A stretch of 64,000 bases of DNA from an uncultured Gemmatimonadales bacterium. GTDB taxonomy: Bacteria > Gemmatimonadota > Gemmatimonadetes > Longimicrobiales > RSA9. Numbering within the stretch: position 1 is the first letter of the stretch; each line of letters begins with the position of its first letter. The notes under the pieces are model-generated. The model was not told the DNA's origin, did not search any database, and was given only the letters and a program-made list of their open reading frames with translations. A program made the translations under genes and the position numbers. Positions 10,671-20,500 of the stretch are shown in pieces. Location of the stretch: assembly GCA_963798845.1 (NCBI GenBank), contig CAWCUS010000006.1, positions 192,001-256,000 on the forward strand. Direction: 5' to 3'.

Positions 10671-11381
10671 ATGACCCTCCTGCCCCGGGCCCGCAACGCG
10701 CCCGAGCGGATGGACCACGACGGCGTGGATCCCGCCGCGCTCCAGGACGCCCTGGGCCACGTCGCAGCCGTGAACCGCTGGCTCGGCGCACGACGCGCGC
10801 TCCTCAGCCACCTCTCCTGGGCGCTGCCCGTGCCCCGCGACGGCGCCGTCCGCATCCTCGACGTCGGCACCGGCTCCGCGGACCTCCCCCTCGCCGTCGC
10901 CGCCTGGGGCCGCGCGCGCGGACGATCCCTTTCCATCACGGCCGTGGATCGTCACGAGGGGACCATCCTCGCCGCACGCCGCCGTACGCACCCGTGGCCG
11001 GAGATCCGCCCGGTGCGCGGCGATGGGCTCCGCCTCCCCTTCGCCGAGGGCGAGTTCGACCTCGCGCTCCTCTCGATGACCCTCCACCACATGGACGGCG
11101 CCGCACTCGAGGGCCTGCTCCGTGAAGCCGCCCGCGTGGCCCGCGGCGGGAGGATCCTGGTGGGAGAGCTGCGACGTTCCGTGCCGTCGTACCTCGGCGC
11201 CCGGTTCCTCGCCGCCACCGTCTGGCGACGCAATCCCGTGACTCGCCACGACGGCCCTCTTTCCGTGCGCCGCGCCTTCACCCCCCGCGAGCTCGATGCC
11301 CTCGCCCTCGCCGCCGGGCTCCACGATGCCCGCGTGTTCCGCCACCCGCTCTTCCGGCTCGTGCTGCGCGCTCTCGCCTGA
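10671..11381 (+). CDS. SAM-dependent methyltransferase (subfamily usually found with type III PKS cassettes)
   Basis: ERMD..L..V..VNRWLG N-terminus, RILDVGTGSAD motif I, TRHDGPLSVRRAFT; starts 5 nt after the Omp85 stop. Confidence 0.9.
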   Translation: MTLLPRARNAPERMDHDGVDPAALQDALGHVAAVNRWLGARRALLSHLSWALPVPRDGAVRILDVGTGSADLPLAVAAWGRARGRSLSITAVDRHEGTILAARRRTHPWPEIRPVRGDGLRLPFAEGEFDLALLSMTLHHMDGAALEGLLREAARVARGGRILVGELRRSVPSYLGARFLAATVWRRNPVTRHDGPLSVRRAFTPRELDALALAAGLHDARVFRHPLFRLVLRALA

Positions 11382-11615
11382 ATCAGCCCGAACCCACTCC
11401 GCTGGCCGGCTCGCCAAGGGCGGCTCGCCAGGGCCGGCTCGCCCTGACCGGATCGCCCTGATCGGCCCGGCGTCGCGGTCCCCCTTCCATCCTCCGCTAC
11501 CAGCAGCCACGTTTCGGAACGAAGGGTGCATCTCACTGCGGCAGGCTTGAAGACAGGACGGCGGCCGGAGGCTCCGGGCGCCCGCGCTCGAAACACCGGG
11601 AGCCATTCGGTCTGG

Positions 11616-12863
11616 ATGCCATCACCTTTCAACAGCTGTCCGCTCGCTGACGGCACGACCGCCGACGTCATCGTCGTCGGGGCCGGGCCCGCCGGCGCCA
11701 CCACCGCGTTGCTGCTGGCGCGCGCCGGTCAACGCGTCCTGCTCCTCGACCGCTCCAGCTTTCCGCGCCCGAAGCCGTGCGGCGACTGCCTCAGCGCCGG
11801 GGCCACGGCGCTCCTGCGGCACCTCGGTCTGCTCGACGAGGTGCTCGCCGCGGGCACGGTGCGGCTCCACGGGTGGGACGTCATCTCCCACGGCGGCCGC
11901 CGCGTCCCCGGCCGTTTCGGCGGAGAGCCCGCGCTCGCCATCGAGCGCAGGCACTTCGACGCCGTGCTCCTGCGCGCCGCCCGGGAGGCGGGGGCATCGT
12001 TCGCCACCGGGCACGTCGAGGACCTCTCATTGCCGCGCTTCCCGGGGGGACCGCGAGTAGTCCGCGCCCGAACCGAGGCGGGGCAGGTGGTGGAGGCGCG
12101 GGCCGCGCTCGTGGTGGGCGCCGATGGACTCCGCTCCGTGGTCGCCCGGCGGGTCGGCCTGGTCGCCCGCAGGCCCCGGGTACGCAAGCTCTCGCTCACC
12201 GCCCACCTGCCCGTCGCCTCCCGCAGCTCGGTGGGTTCCATGCACCTCCTTCCGGGCGGCTGCGTGGGTGTCGCGCCCGTCGGTCCGGAGCGCGCGAACG
12301 TGACTCTGGTCGTCGATGGCAGCCACGCGGCGAGACTCCGCCAGCTCGGCGCCCCGGCGTTCTTTCGGGAGTGGGTCGCCCGCGCATCGCATCTGGAGCC
12401 GGCGCTCGCCCGCACGGCTCCGGGCTCTCTCCTCGCCTCCGGACCCTTCAATGTCCCCGTGCGCGCGGTCACCGTGCCCGGCGTGGCCCTGGTGGGCGAC
12501 GCGGCCGGGTACTTCGACCCGTTCACGGGACAGGGAATCCACCGCGCGCTGGCCAGCGCCGTCGCGCTGGCACACCACGTGGGCCCTGCGCTGGCCGCGG
12601 GCGACGATCTCGACCAGGCGCTCCGGGCATACGCCCGAACGCATGCCCGGCTGGCGCAGCCGACGCTCCGGCTCCAGCGCCGGATCGAGTGGGTGGTCTC
12701 CCGCCCGGCCGTGGCAGAGCCCGTTCTCGGTCGGCTCGCCCGGGCCCGCACCGTGATGGACCGACTCCTGCAGGTTACGGGCGACCTGCGGCCGCCCCGC
12801 TCGCTGCTGTCCCCGGCATCGCTGTGGGGCTTCGCGTTTCCTGCCACCGCGGACTCTCAATGA
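11616..12863 (+). CDS. NAD(P)/FAD-dependent oxidoreductase (geranylgeranyl reductase / flavin monooxygenase family)
   Basis: DVIVVGAGPAG, FPRPKPCGDCLS, VVGADGLRS, LVGDAAGYFDPFTGQGI; start codon uncertain. Confidence 0.9.
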   Translation: MPSPFNSCPLADGTTADVIVVGAGPAGATTALLLARAGQRVLLLDRSSFPRPKPCGDCLSAGATALLRHLGLLDEVLAAGTVRLHGWDVISHGGRRVPGRFGGEPALAIERRHFDAVLLRAAREAGASFATGHVEDLSLPRFPGGPRVVRARTEAGQVVEARAALVVGADGLRSVVARRVGLVARRPRVRKLSLTAHLPVASRSSVGSMHLLPGGCVGVAPVGPERANVTLVVDGSHAARLRQLGAPAFFREWVARASHLEPALARTAPGSLLASGPFNVPVRAVTVPGVALVGDAAGYFDPFTGQGIHRALASAVALAHHVGPALAAGDDLDQALRAYARTHARLAQPTLRLQRRIEWVVSRPAVAEPVLGRLARARTVMDRLLQVTGDLRPPRSLLSPASLWGFAFPATADSQ

Positions 12864-13381
12864 TCCGGATCGATGAGCGTATCACCGCCGCCGCGCCTTC
12901 CCGCGCGTTCCTGGCGGCGGCGGGCGTGGAGCGCTGGCCCGAGATCCTCCCGCACTACCGCCTCGTCCGCTTCCTGGACCAGCGCGGCTTCGGCCAGGGG
13001 GTTGTGGAGATGTCTGCGTGGCGGGACTTCGCAGGGCCGCTCCGCTATCCCGTCTGGTGGGTCTCGGAGATGCAATCGGACGGCGAGGTGCCGCTCATCC
13101 GGTACCGGCACGTGGACGGCATCACGGTCGGGATGGACGTCCGCTGGGAGTTCATTCCCGCTCCGGGCGGCACACGCGTCCGGATCGTTCACGAGTGGGA
13201 TGGCCCGGACTGGCCTCTGGTAGGCGGCCTCGCCGCGACCACCGTCATCGGACCCTGGTTCGTCAGCGCCATCGCCCGCCGCACGCTGGCCGGCGTCTGT
13301 GCCGAGGCGGAGAGGACGGAGAGCGGGCAGCGTCGTCGCTCCGCCCCCGACCGATATCGCGAGGAGACCCCGCGTGCATGA
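12860..13381 (+). CDS. SRPBCC/START-fold polyketide cyclase/dehydrase (aromatase-like)
   Basis: MIRIDERIT..VERWPEILPHY..WWVSEM..IRYRHVDGITVGMDVRWEF..TRVRIVHEW; ATGA overlap with the oxidoreductase. Confidence 0.82.
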   Translation: MIRIDERITAAAPSRAFLAAAGVERWPEILPHYRLVRFLDQRGFGQGVVEMSAWRDFAGPLRYPVWWVSEMQSDGEVPLIRYRHVDGITVGMDVRWEFIPAPGGTRVRIVHEWDGPDWPLVGGLAATTVIGPWFVSAIARRTLAGVCAEAERTESGQRRRSAPDRYREETPRA

Positions 13382-14630
13382 CCGCGACGGAGGGCCGCCG
13401 TACCGGGTCGCGATCACTGGAATCGGCCCGATCACCGCCGCCGGCACCGGGCACGACGGCTTCCTGCGTGGCCTTCGCTCCGCGCGCTCGCCGATCCGGC
13501 GCGCGACCCGGTTCGACGCCTCGCCCTGGCGCTCCAGGCTCGCCGCCGAAGTGGACGATTTCGATCCGGCGGACCATATGGAGTCGCGCCAGGTCCGGCG
13601 CCTCGACCGCTTCATGCACTTTGCCATCGCGGCCACGCGTCTGGCGCTCCGCGATGCCGATCTCGATCCGGCCGACCCGGACCCCGACGGCGTCGCCGTT
13701 CAGTTCGGCTCGGCGCTCGGGGGGATCGCGTACGCAGAGCAGCAGGTCGGGAATCTCCTGACCCGCGGCACCCGCGCAGTGGATCCGCGCGTCGCGCTCA
13801 CCACGTTCTGCGGCGCCGCCAGCTGCGGCGTCGCCATCGAGTACGGCTTCACTGGCCCGAACGCCACCAACGCCATGTCCTGCGCGTCCGGGACCATCGC
13901 CGTGGGCGAAGCCTTCCGCCTCATCCGCGAAGGGTCGAGCGACGTAGCCATCGCCGGCGGAGCGGAAGCGCCCCTGGCACCGCTCTCCTTCGGCGCTTTC
14001 GCCCTCATCCGAGCCATGAGCGCCCGCAACGACGAGCCCGAGCTCGCGTGCCGGCCGTTCGACCGCGAGCGGGATGGCTTCGTCATGGGGGAGGGCGGCT
14101 GTGCCCTCGTCCTGGAGCGGTGGGACCACGCCGTCGCCCGGAGCGCGCGCATATACGCGGAGATCGCCGGATACGGCACGACCAACGACGCCCACCACAT
14201 GACGGCACCCCGTCCCGACGGGCGCCAGGCTGCCCGCGCAATGCGCCTCGCTCTCCGCTCCGCCGGGCTCACCGCCGATGACGTGGACTACGTCAACCCC
14301 CACGCCTCCTCCACACCCCTGAACGATTCCACGGAGACGCTCGCCATCAAGGCGGTCCTGGGCGAGCGCGCCTACCGGATCCCGGTCACCGGCACGAAGC
14401 CGTACCATGCCCACGCACTCGGTGCGTCCGGCGCCATGGAGGTCGGCGTCGCCTGCCTCGCCTTTGAAAACGACTGGCTCCCGCCCACCCTCAACTTCCA
14501 GGATGGCGGCCAGGAGTGCGATCTCGACTACGTGACCGGCACCGGCCGCGCGTTCCACGGCGACGTCTGCCTCTCGAACTCCTTCGGCTTCGGCGGCATC
14601 AACGCCTCGCTCGTCCTGCGGCGGCCATAG
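13374..14630 (+). CDS. Beta-ketoacyl-ACP synthase (FabF / type II KS-alpha-like)
   Basis: RVAITGIG, catalytic Cys in TNAMSCASG, PFDRERDGFVMGEG, His in YVNPHASST and KPYHAHALGA, SNSFGFGGIN; GTG start with GAGGAG RBS overlapping the cyclase end. Confidence 0.93.
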   Translation: MHDRDGGPPYRVAITGIGPITAAGTGHDGFLRGLRSARSPIRRATRFDASPWRSRLAAEVDDFDPADHMESRQVRRLDRFMHFAIAATRLALRDADLDPADPDPDGVAVQFGSALGGIAYAEQQVGNLLTRGTRAVDPRVALTTFCGAASCGVAIEYGFTGPNATNAMSCASGTIAVGEAFRLIREGSSDVAIAGGAEAPLAPLSFGAFALIRAMSARNDEPELACRPFDRERDGFVMGEGGCALVLERWDHAVARSARIYAEIAGYGTTNDAHHMTAPRPDGRQAARAMRLALRSAGLTADDVDYVNPHASSTPLNDSTETLAIKAVLGERAYRIPVTGTKPYHAHALGASGAMEVGVACLAFENDWLPPTLNFQDGGQECDLDYVTGTGRAFHGDVCLSNSFGFGGINASLVLRRP

Positions 14631-14700
14631 CCGAATCGGCGTCGTATCCCGCCCCAGGGCGGCCCCTTTCCCGGGTCCCCGCCGACAGCCACCTTCCAGC

Positions 14701-15660
14701 ATGATTCCCGTGCTGCTCGGCCAGATCCTGGGCGTGTCGTTCGCCTGCGGGCTCAACCTCTACGCCACCGTGGCGGCCCTCGGGATCCTCTCCCGGTTCG
14801 CCGTGATCCGGCCGCTGCCGCCGGGGCTGCGCGGACTCGAATCCCTCATCGTCATCGCCAGCGCCCTCGCCCTCTACGTCGTGGAGGCCGTGATCGACAA
14901 GGTGCGCCACGCAGACTCCATGTGGGACGCCGTCCACACGTTCATTCGCCCGCCCGCCGCCGCCCTCCTGGCCGTGGGCGCCCTGTGGGGGAGGCCTGCT
15001 CTCGGCGTCGCCGCCGGCGCGACGATCGCTTTCGTGGTGGCTCTGGCCACCCACGGCACCAAGGCCGGGCTCCGTCTCGCGCTCAACGCCGGTGCGCCCA
15101 ACCGCCGCAGCAGGTGGATCAGCGTGGCCGAGGACCTGGCCGCGGTCGCGTTCGCCGTCGCCGCCCTCCAGTTCCCCGCAACCGCCCTGGCAGCCGGCGC
15201 CGTGGTCCTCTTCCTCGTCGCCTTGTTCGGTCCCCGATTCTGGCGCGCCTTCGCTTTCGGGATGCGCTGCCTCGCGGCCTGGGTCCGCGCCTTCTTCGCA
15301 CCCGCCCGGTGGCACGACGAAGCCGAGATCCCCCGAAGCCTCACACGCGTCCTCGACCACCGCGCCGTCGGCAGCGCGCCGAACCGGGGGACCCGTGCGG
15401 GACTGCACGGGCTGCGTGGGGTGGGGCCCTACCGGACCGGCTGGCTCGTGGTCACGGGAGACGGCCCGGTCTTCCTCTATCGCTCGCTCTTTCGCACGCG
15501 CCGCGTCGACCTCCCGCCCGTCCTCTCCTTCGAGGTCCACAGAGGCGTTTGGGCCGACATCCTCCGCCTCACCGCCGAGGACCAGGATTTCACGCTCTAC
15601 CTCCTCAAGGATGGGCCCGCAGTGGAATCGGCGGCCAGCGAGCTGGCGCTCACCGGCTGA
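14701..15660 (+). CDS. DUF4126-like integral membrane protein
   Basis: SFACGLNLYATV, VEAVIDKV..DSMWDAVHTFIRP, HGTKAGLR, SVAED motifs; extra soluble C-terminal domain. Confidence 0.8.
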   Translation: MIPVLLGQILGVSFACGLNLYATVAALGILSRFAVIRPLPPGLRGLESLIVIASALALYVVEAVIDKVRHADSMWDAVHTFIRPPAAALLAVGALWGRPALGVAAGATIAFVVALATHGTKAGLRLALNAGAPNRRSRWISVAEDLAAVAFAVAALQFPATALAAGAVVLFLVALFGPRFWRAFAFGMRCLAAWVRAFFAPARWHDEAEIPRSLTRVLDHRAVGSAPNRGTRAGLHGLRGVGPYRTGWLVVTGDGPVFLYRSLFRTRRVDLPPVLSFEVHRGVWADILRLTAEDQDFTLYLLKDGPAVESAASELALTG

Positions 15661-15831
15661 GGGCACCGGACACGGCGCCGCACCGGGAGTCCTCATGGCC
15701 GGATCCTGCCAGCCGGACGACCGATCCGCAGCTTCCTCCAAGTCTCTAGCAAACAGGGGTTTACAAGAAATTCGACAGCTCTCGAAAGCCATTCCGGCGC
15801 GCCATTGCGCGAGTTTTTGCACGCACCAGGG

Positions 15832-15860
15832 TTTACACTAATCCTCGTTTGTTCTATACT
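15832..15860 (+). promoter_or_regulatory. Sigma-70-type promoter for the second sigma-factor gene
   Basis: TTTACA-17 nt-TATACT within an AT-rich island, about 150 nt upstream of ATG 16015. Confidence 0.7.
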
Positions 15861-16014
15861 TGTTCGTTCTGTAGGCCGATGATCCTCCGACGGCTTGCCG
15901 AGTGCGGATGATTCGTACGCAGTCCCACATTTTCCGACACTTCGCTTTGTGCAGCGGGAGCCGGGTGCCGGCCGGCCTCGCTGCCTTTTTTGTGTCCACG
16001 ACCCCGAGACTTCT

Positions 16015-16875
16015 ATGTTCGTGAACGCCCGCGCGCTGGACTCCTTCGACCAGTACCTCTTCGACGTGGAGAAGTACCCGCTCATCGAAGACCCCATGGA
16101 GGAGCGCCACCTGGCAGCCCAGGCCCGTGAAGGGGACAAGGAAGCGGCCGAACGACTCGTGACCGCCAACCTGCGGTTCGTCATCTCCTACGTGAAGAAG
16201 TACCAGGGCCGCGGCCTCGGGCTCGCGGAGCTCGTGTGCATCGGGAACGAGGGGCTGCTGAAGGCCGTGAAGAAGTTCGATCCCGACAAGGGCGTGAAGT
16301 TCATCTCATACGCGGTCTGGTGGATCCGCCAGACCGTGCTTCAGGCGCTGGCCGAGCAGACCCGCTCGGTGCGGATTCCGCTGAACCAGAACTCGAACCT
16401 GGTGAAGCTCTCTCGCACCGAGACGGCGCTCACCCAGCTCCTGGGCCGCTCGCCGACGGACCAGGAGATCGCCGAGCATATGGAGGAGCCGATCGAGACG
16501 GTGCGCGCGCTGCGTCGCGTGGCCGCGTCCGAGCTGTCGCTGGACGCGCCCATCGACCGCGGGGACCGCGACAGCGCCTCCTTCGGCGAGCGCTTCGCCG
16601 GCGCGGAGGGCGAGGACATCGAGGAAAGCGTCGAATCTCAGGCGCGCCGCGAGTTTCTCGACCGGATGTTCGACAAGTACCTGACCGAGCGAGAGCGCAA
16701 GATCCTGTACCTGTATTACGGCCTCGACGACGGCGAGGAGCGCACGCTCGAGGAGATCGGCTCGCTCCTGGGCGTCACGCGCGAGCGGATCCGCCAGATC
16801 CGGAACCGCGCATTCGAGAAGCTGCGCGAGAGCGCCGACGGCGACGCCCTGGCCACGTTCTGGGCAGCCGAGTAG
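16015..16875 (+). CDS. Sigma-70 family RNA polymerase sigma factor (RpoD/RpoS-like, no region 1.1)
   Basis: FDQYLFDV, ANLRFVISYVKKYQGRG, KFISYAVWWIRQ, TLEEIGSLLGVTRERIRQI. Confidence 0.95.
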   Translation: MFVNARALDSFDQYLFDVEKYPLIEDPMEERHLAAQAREGDKEAAERLVTANLRFVISYVKKYQGRGLGLAELVCIGNEGLLKAVKKFDPDKGVKFISYAVWWIRQTVLQALAEQTRSVRIPLNQNSNLVKLSRTETALTQLLGRSPTDQEIAEHMEEPIETVRALRRVAASELSLDAPIDRGDRDSASFGERFAGAEGEDIEESVESQARREFLDRMFDKYLTERERKILYLYYGLDDGEERTLEEIGSLLGVTRERIRQIRNRAFEKLRESADGDALATFWAAE

Positions 16876-16896
16876 CCTTTCCGAGCTTCGGCCTTC

Positions 16897-16932
16897 CGGC
16901 CCGCCGGGCTTTCATGCCTGGCGGGCCGTTTT
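16897..16932 (+). terminator. Intrinsic terminator after the sigma factor
   Basis: CGGCCCGCCGGGC...GCCTGGCGGGCCG stem followed by TTTT. Confidence 0.75.
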
Positions 16933-17005
16933 CACGCAGAGGCGCCGGACTCGATCGCGGACAGGGCGTTCCCGCCGTGCCCCGGTCGCTGCGCGGCCGT
17001 TCAGC

Positions 17006-17401
17006 TCACGCCTCCACCAGCTCCTCCTCCGCCTCCGCGTGGTCCAGCGCCGTTCCGCTCAGGCTCCGTCCCGAGGCGGAGCCGAGCATCACCAGCTCCC
17101 GCACCACCACGTCCGCCGTGGGGATGGTCACGCCGTCGCGCTCGTAGGAGTCGTACTGGATACGGCCCTCGATGTAGAGCCGATCGCCCTTGCGAATGTA
17201 CTCGCTGGTGAGCTCGGCCAGGCGGTCCCACACGGTCAACCGATGCCAGTCGGTCCGCTCGTCGAAGCCGTTCTCCCGCGGGATCCGGCGGCTGGTGGCC
17301 AGGGAAAAGTGGGCCACCTTGTGCCCGTTGGCCGTGGACTGCACCTCCGGGTCCCGCCCCACGTTGCCTACCAGGATCAGCTTGTTCACCGAGCGCGACA
17401 T
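17006..17401 (-). CDS. ssb: Single-stranded DNA-binding protein (short, lacks the acidic D-D-x-P-F tail)
   Basis: MSRSVNKLILVGNVGRDPE..FSLATS..TDWH..YIRKGDRLYIEGRI. Confidence 0.93.
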   Translation of the reverse strand: MSRSVNKLILVGNVGRDPEVQSTANGHKVAHFSLATSRRIPRENGFDERTDWHRLTVWDRLAELTSEYIRKGDRLYIEGRIQYDSYERDGVTIPTADVVVRELVMLGSASGRSLSGTALDHAEAEEELVEA

Positions 17402-17538
17402 GGCTGCCTCCGCGAGAGTGTCCGGGCCCCGAGATCCGGGGCCATCGGGCGCTATCATGGCACCCGATCCGGGGCACTCCCATGGCGGAAGCGGACGACT
17501 TTCGCGAGGCTGCCTCGGCGCGCGTCAGCGACACGGGC

Positions 17539-20500
17539 TCAGGACGATTCCGCCTCGGCGGCGCTCATCCCGACCACTGCCGTCGGCCCGAGCTCGGGCG
17601 CGCGTCGCTGCACGTCGGCCGGCGCCGGTGGGGCGGCGGAGCGGGTGGGACCGTGGCCGGTGAGCCACCTGCCGAGCCGTTCGGCAGCGGTGTTGAAGAT
17701 CACGTAGGCGCTCGGCACCACGAAGAGCGTGAGCAGCGTGGAGACGCTGAGGCCGCCGACCACGGCAATGGCCAGCGGCTGCATGAGCTCGGAGCCCTGG
17801 CCGATCCCCAGCGCGAGGGGGAGCATGCCGAACGCGGTGGTCAGCGTGGTCATGAGGATCGGACGCAGGCGCACTGCGCCCGCCTCCACTACCGCCTGTT
17901 CGCGGCTGAGACCTCGCGCCCGCCCCTGCTCGGTGTACTCCACCAGGAGGATCGCGTTGTTCACCACGATCCCCGCCAGGAGGATCACGCCCAGGAGCAC
18001 GGGCGCGCTGAGGGGCGTCCCGGTGATGCCGAGGAGGAGCCCCACCCCGATGAGCGACAACGGGATGGCGAGCAGGATGATGAACGGGTTCACCACGCTC
18101 TCGTACTGCACGGCCATGACCACGAAGACGAGGAAGACGGCGAGGATCACCACGATGGCGAGCTGGCGGTTGTTCTCCCTCATCGCCTCCGCCTCGCCGC
18201 CGTAGATGATGCCATAGCCCTCGGGCAGCTCGAGGTCCGCGAGGCGCGCGCGGATCGAGTCGTTCACCGCGCCCACGCTCGCCACTTCGTTGATCACGTC
18301 GCCCGTGAGCCGGAACGTCCGGTTCTGGTTCACCCGCAGGACGGTGGTGGGGCCCAGTGTGTTGTTGACGGTGGCCACGTCGCGCAGGTAGATGGGCGCC
18401 CCGCCCGACCCCCCGGGGAAGAGCGCCACGCCGCCCAGGTCCTCCGGGCTCTTGAAGCGGTCGCGCGGGAACATGACCCGCATGTCGTATTCGTGGTTCC
18501 CCGCCGTGAACTTGCTCGCGATCGTCCCGTCGAGGGCGGTGCGGAGCGTCTGACCGACCGTCGCGACGCTCAGGCCCAGGTACGCCGCGCGCTCGCGGTC
18601 CAGCTGTACCGACAGCTGCGGCGTCGCCTCCTCTTCGGACGGCTCCAGGTTGGCCAGCCCCGGCACCCCGCGCACGAGGCTCATGACCTCTTCGGCGATG
18701 TGGCGCAGCTCGTTCAGGTCGTCCCCCTGGATGCTGAGCTCCACGGGCGACCCGGACATGGACGTGCGCAGTCCCCGAATACGCGGCGGACGGACGAAGA
18801 TCCGGGCGCCGGGGAAGCCGCGCGCGTCCACCTTCTCCTGCAACCTCCTCACCCACTCATCCGCGCTGATCTTCCGCTCCGTCACTGGAGCCAGCACCAC
18901 GGTGATGCTCCCCCGCCCGCTCCGCTGCGCCGTGGAGCCGCCGAACAGAAAGCCTCCGGCGGTGGCGAACATGGTGCGCACGTCCGGCATCTGCCGCACC
19001 ATTTCTTCGACCTCGAGCGTCACCCGGTTCGTCTCCTGCGCGGACACGCCGGCCGGCATGGCCACATACACGCCGACGTTGCCGTCGTCCACCTGGGGGA
19101 GGAACTCGTTCCCCAGGTTGCGCGTCATGAGGAAGGCGCCGACCAGCGCCAGCACCGCGCCACCGAGCACGGCCCAGCGCCACCGGACCGCCACCGGCGC
19201 GATGCGCCGGTAGAAGCTCCGCAGCCACCCGACGCCGTTGTCGAACGCCACCAGCGGCCTCCAGTGCCCCAGGCCGCTCTCGAAGCGGATCTTTCCAAGC
19301 TGCGCCGACAGCATGGGCACCACCGTGAGCGCGACCGTGAGCGAGGCCAGGATGGCGAAGGAGATGGTGAGGATCAGCTCCCGGAAGATCAGCGCAGCCA
19401 GACCGCTGATGAGCAGGAACGGGATGACGGCCGCCAGGTTCGTGGCCGTCGACGCGGTCACCGCGCTGGTGACTTCCGCCGCGCCCTCGTGCGCCGCCAG
19501 CTCCGGATCCTCGTTGCCTTCCTCCTTGTGCCGGAAGATGTTCTCCAGCATCACGATGGAGTTGTCGATCAGCAGACCCACGCCCAGGGCCAGGCCGCCC
19601 AGCGTCATGATGTTCAGCGTCAGGTGCCCGAGCCCCATCATGATGAACGTGGCCAGGATGGCGATGGGGATGGCCAGGCCGATGACGAACGTCTTCCGCA
19701 GCGACCCGAGGAAGAGGAAGACCACGAGCATGGCCAGGAACGCCCCCGTCAGCGCCGCACTCTGTACCGACCGGACCGAGCTGCGGATGAAGGTGGCCTG
19801 GTTCTGGATCGTGCGGTACTGGATGTCGCCCGGGACGAACCCCGTCGTCGTGAGCGACTCCAGCCGCTGCTGGACCTGCTCGGCCACCTTCACGGTGTTG
19901 GCGTTCGGTTGCTTCCGTACCGACAGCTGCACGGCGGGCACGCCGTTCATGCGCGCCCAGAGCCGCTGATCCTGATGGGTGTCGCTCACGCTCGCCACTT
20001 CCGACAGCGGGATCCGGCCCCCGCCCGCGGGCGTCAGCAGCACCGAGCGCACGTCATCCACGGTCTGGAACTTCCCCGCCGTCTTCCCCACCACCTCGCG
20101 CGTGGCCGAAGCCACGTAGCCGGCCGCCACGTCCTGGTTGGCCGCGCGGATGGCGTCGATGACCTGCGACACCGTGAGCCCGTAGTGCCGCAGCCGCTCC
20201 TGGTCCAGCACCACCTGGATCTCCCGGACCAGCCCGCCGGCGACGTCCACCGATGCTACGCCCGGTATGGTCAGCAGCTGTGGCCGAAGCCGGTACTCCA
20301 CCCAGTCCCGGAGCGAGATCAGGTCCCTCGCCTGCGACGAGAAGCCCACCTCGTACACGGGCATCTGCGACGGGTCGAACTTGTACACCGTCGGCGGATT
20401 CGCTTCTTCCGGCAGCGCGCCCCGGGCCCGCTCGAGGTTCTTCGCCGCGTCCTGGAGCGCGAAGTCGATGTCGGTGCCATAGGAGAAATGGAGGTTGACG

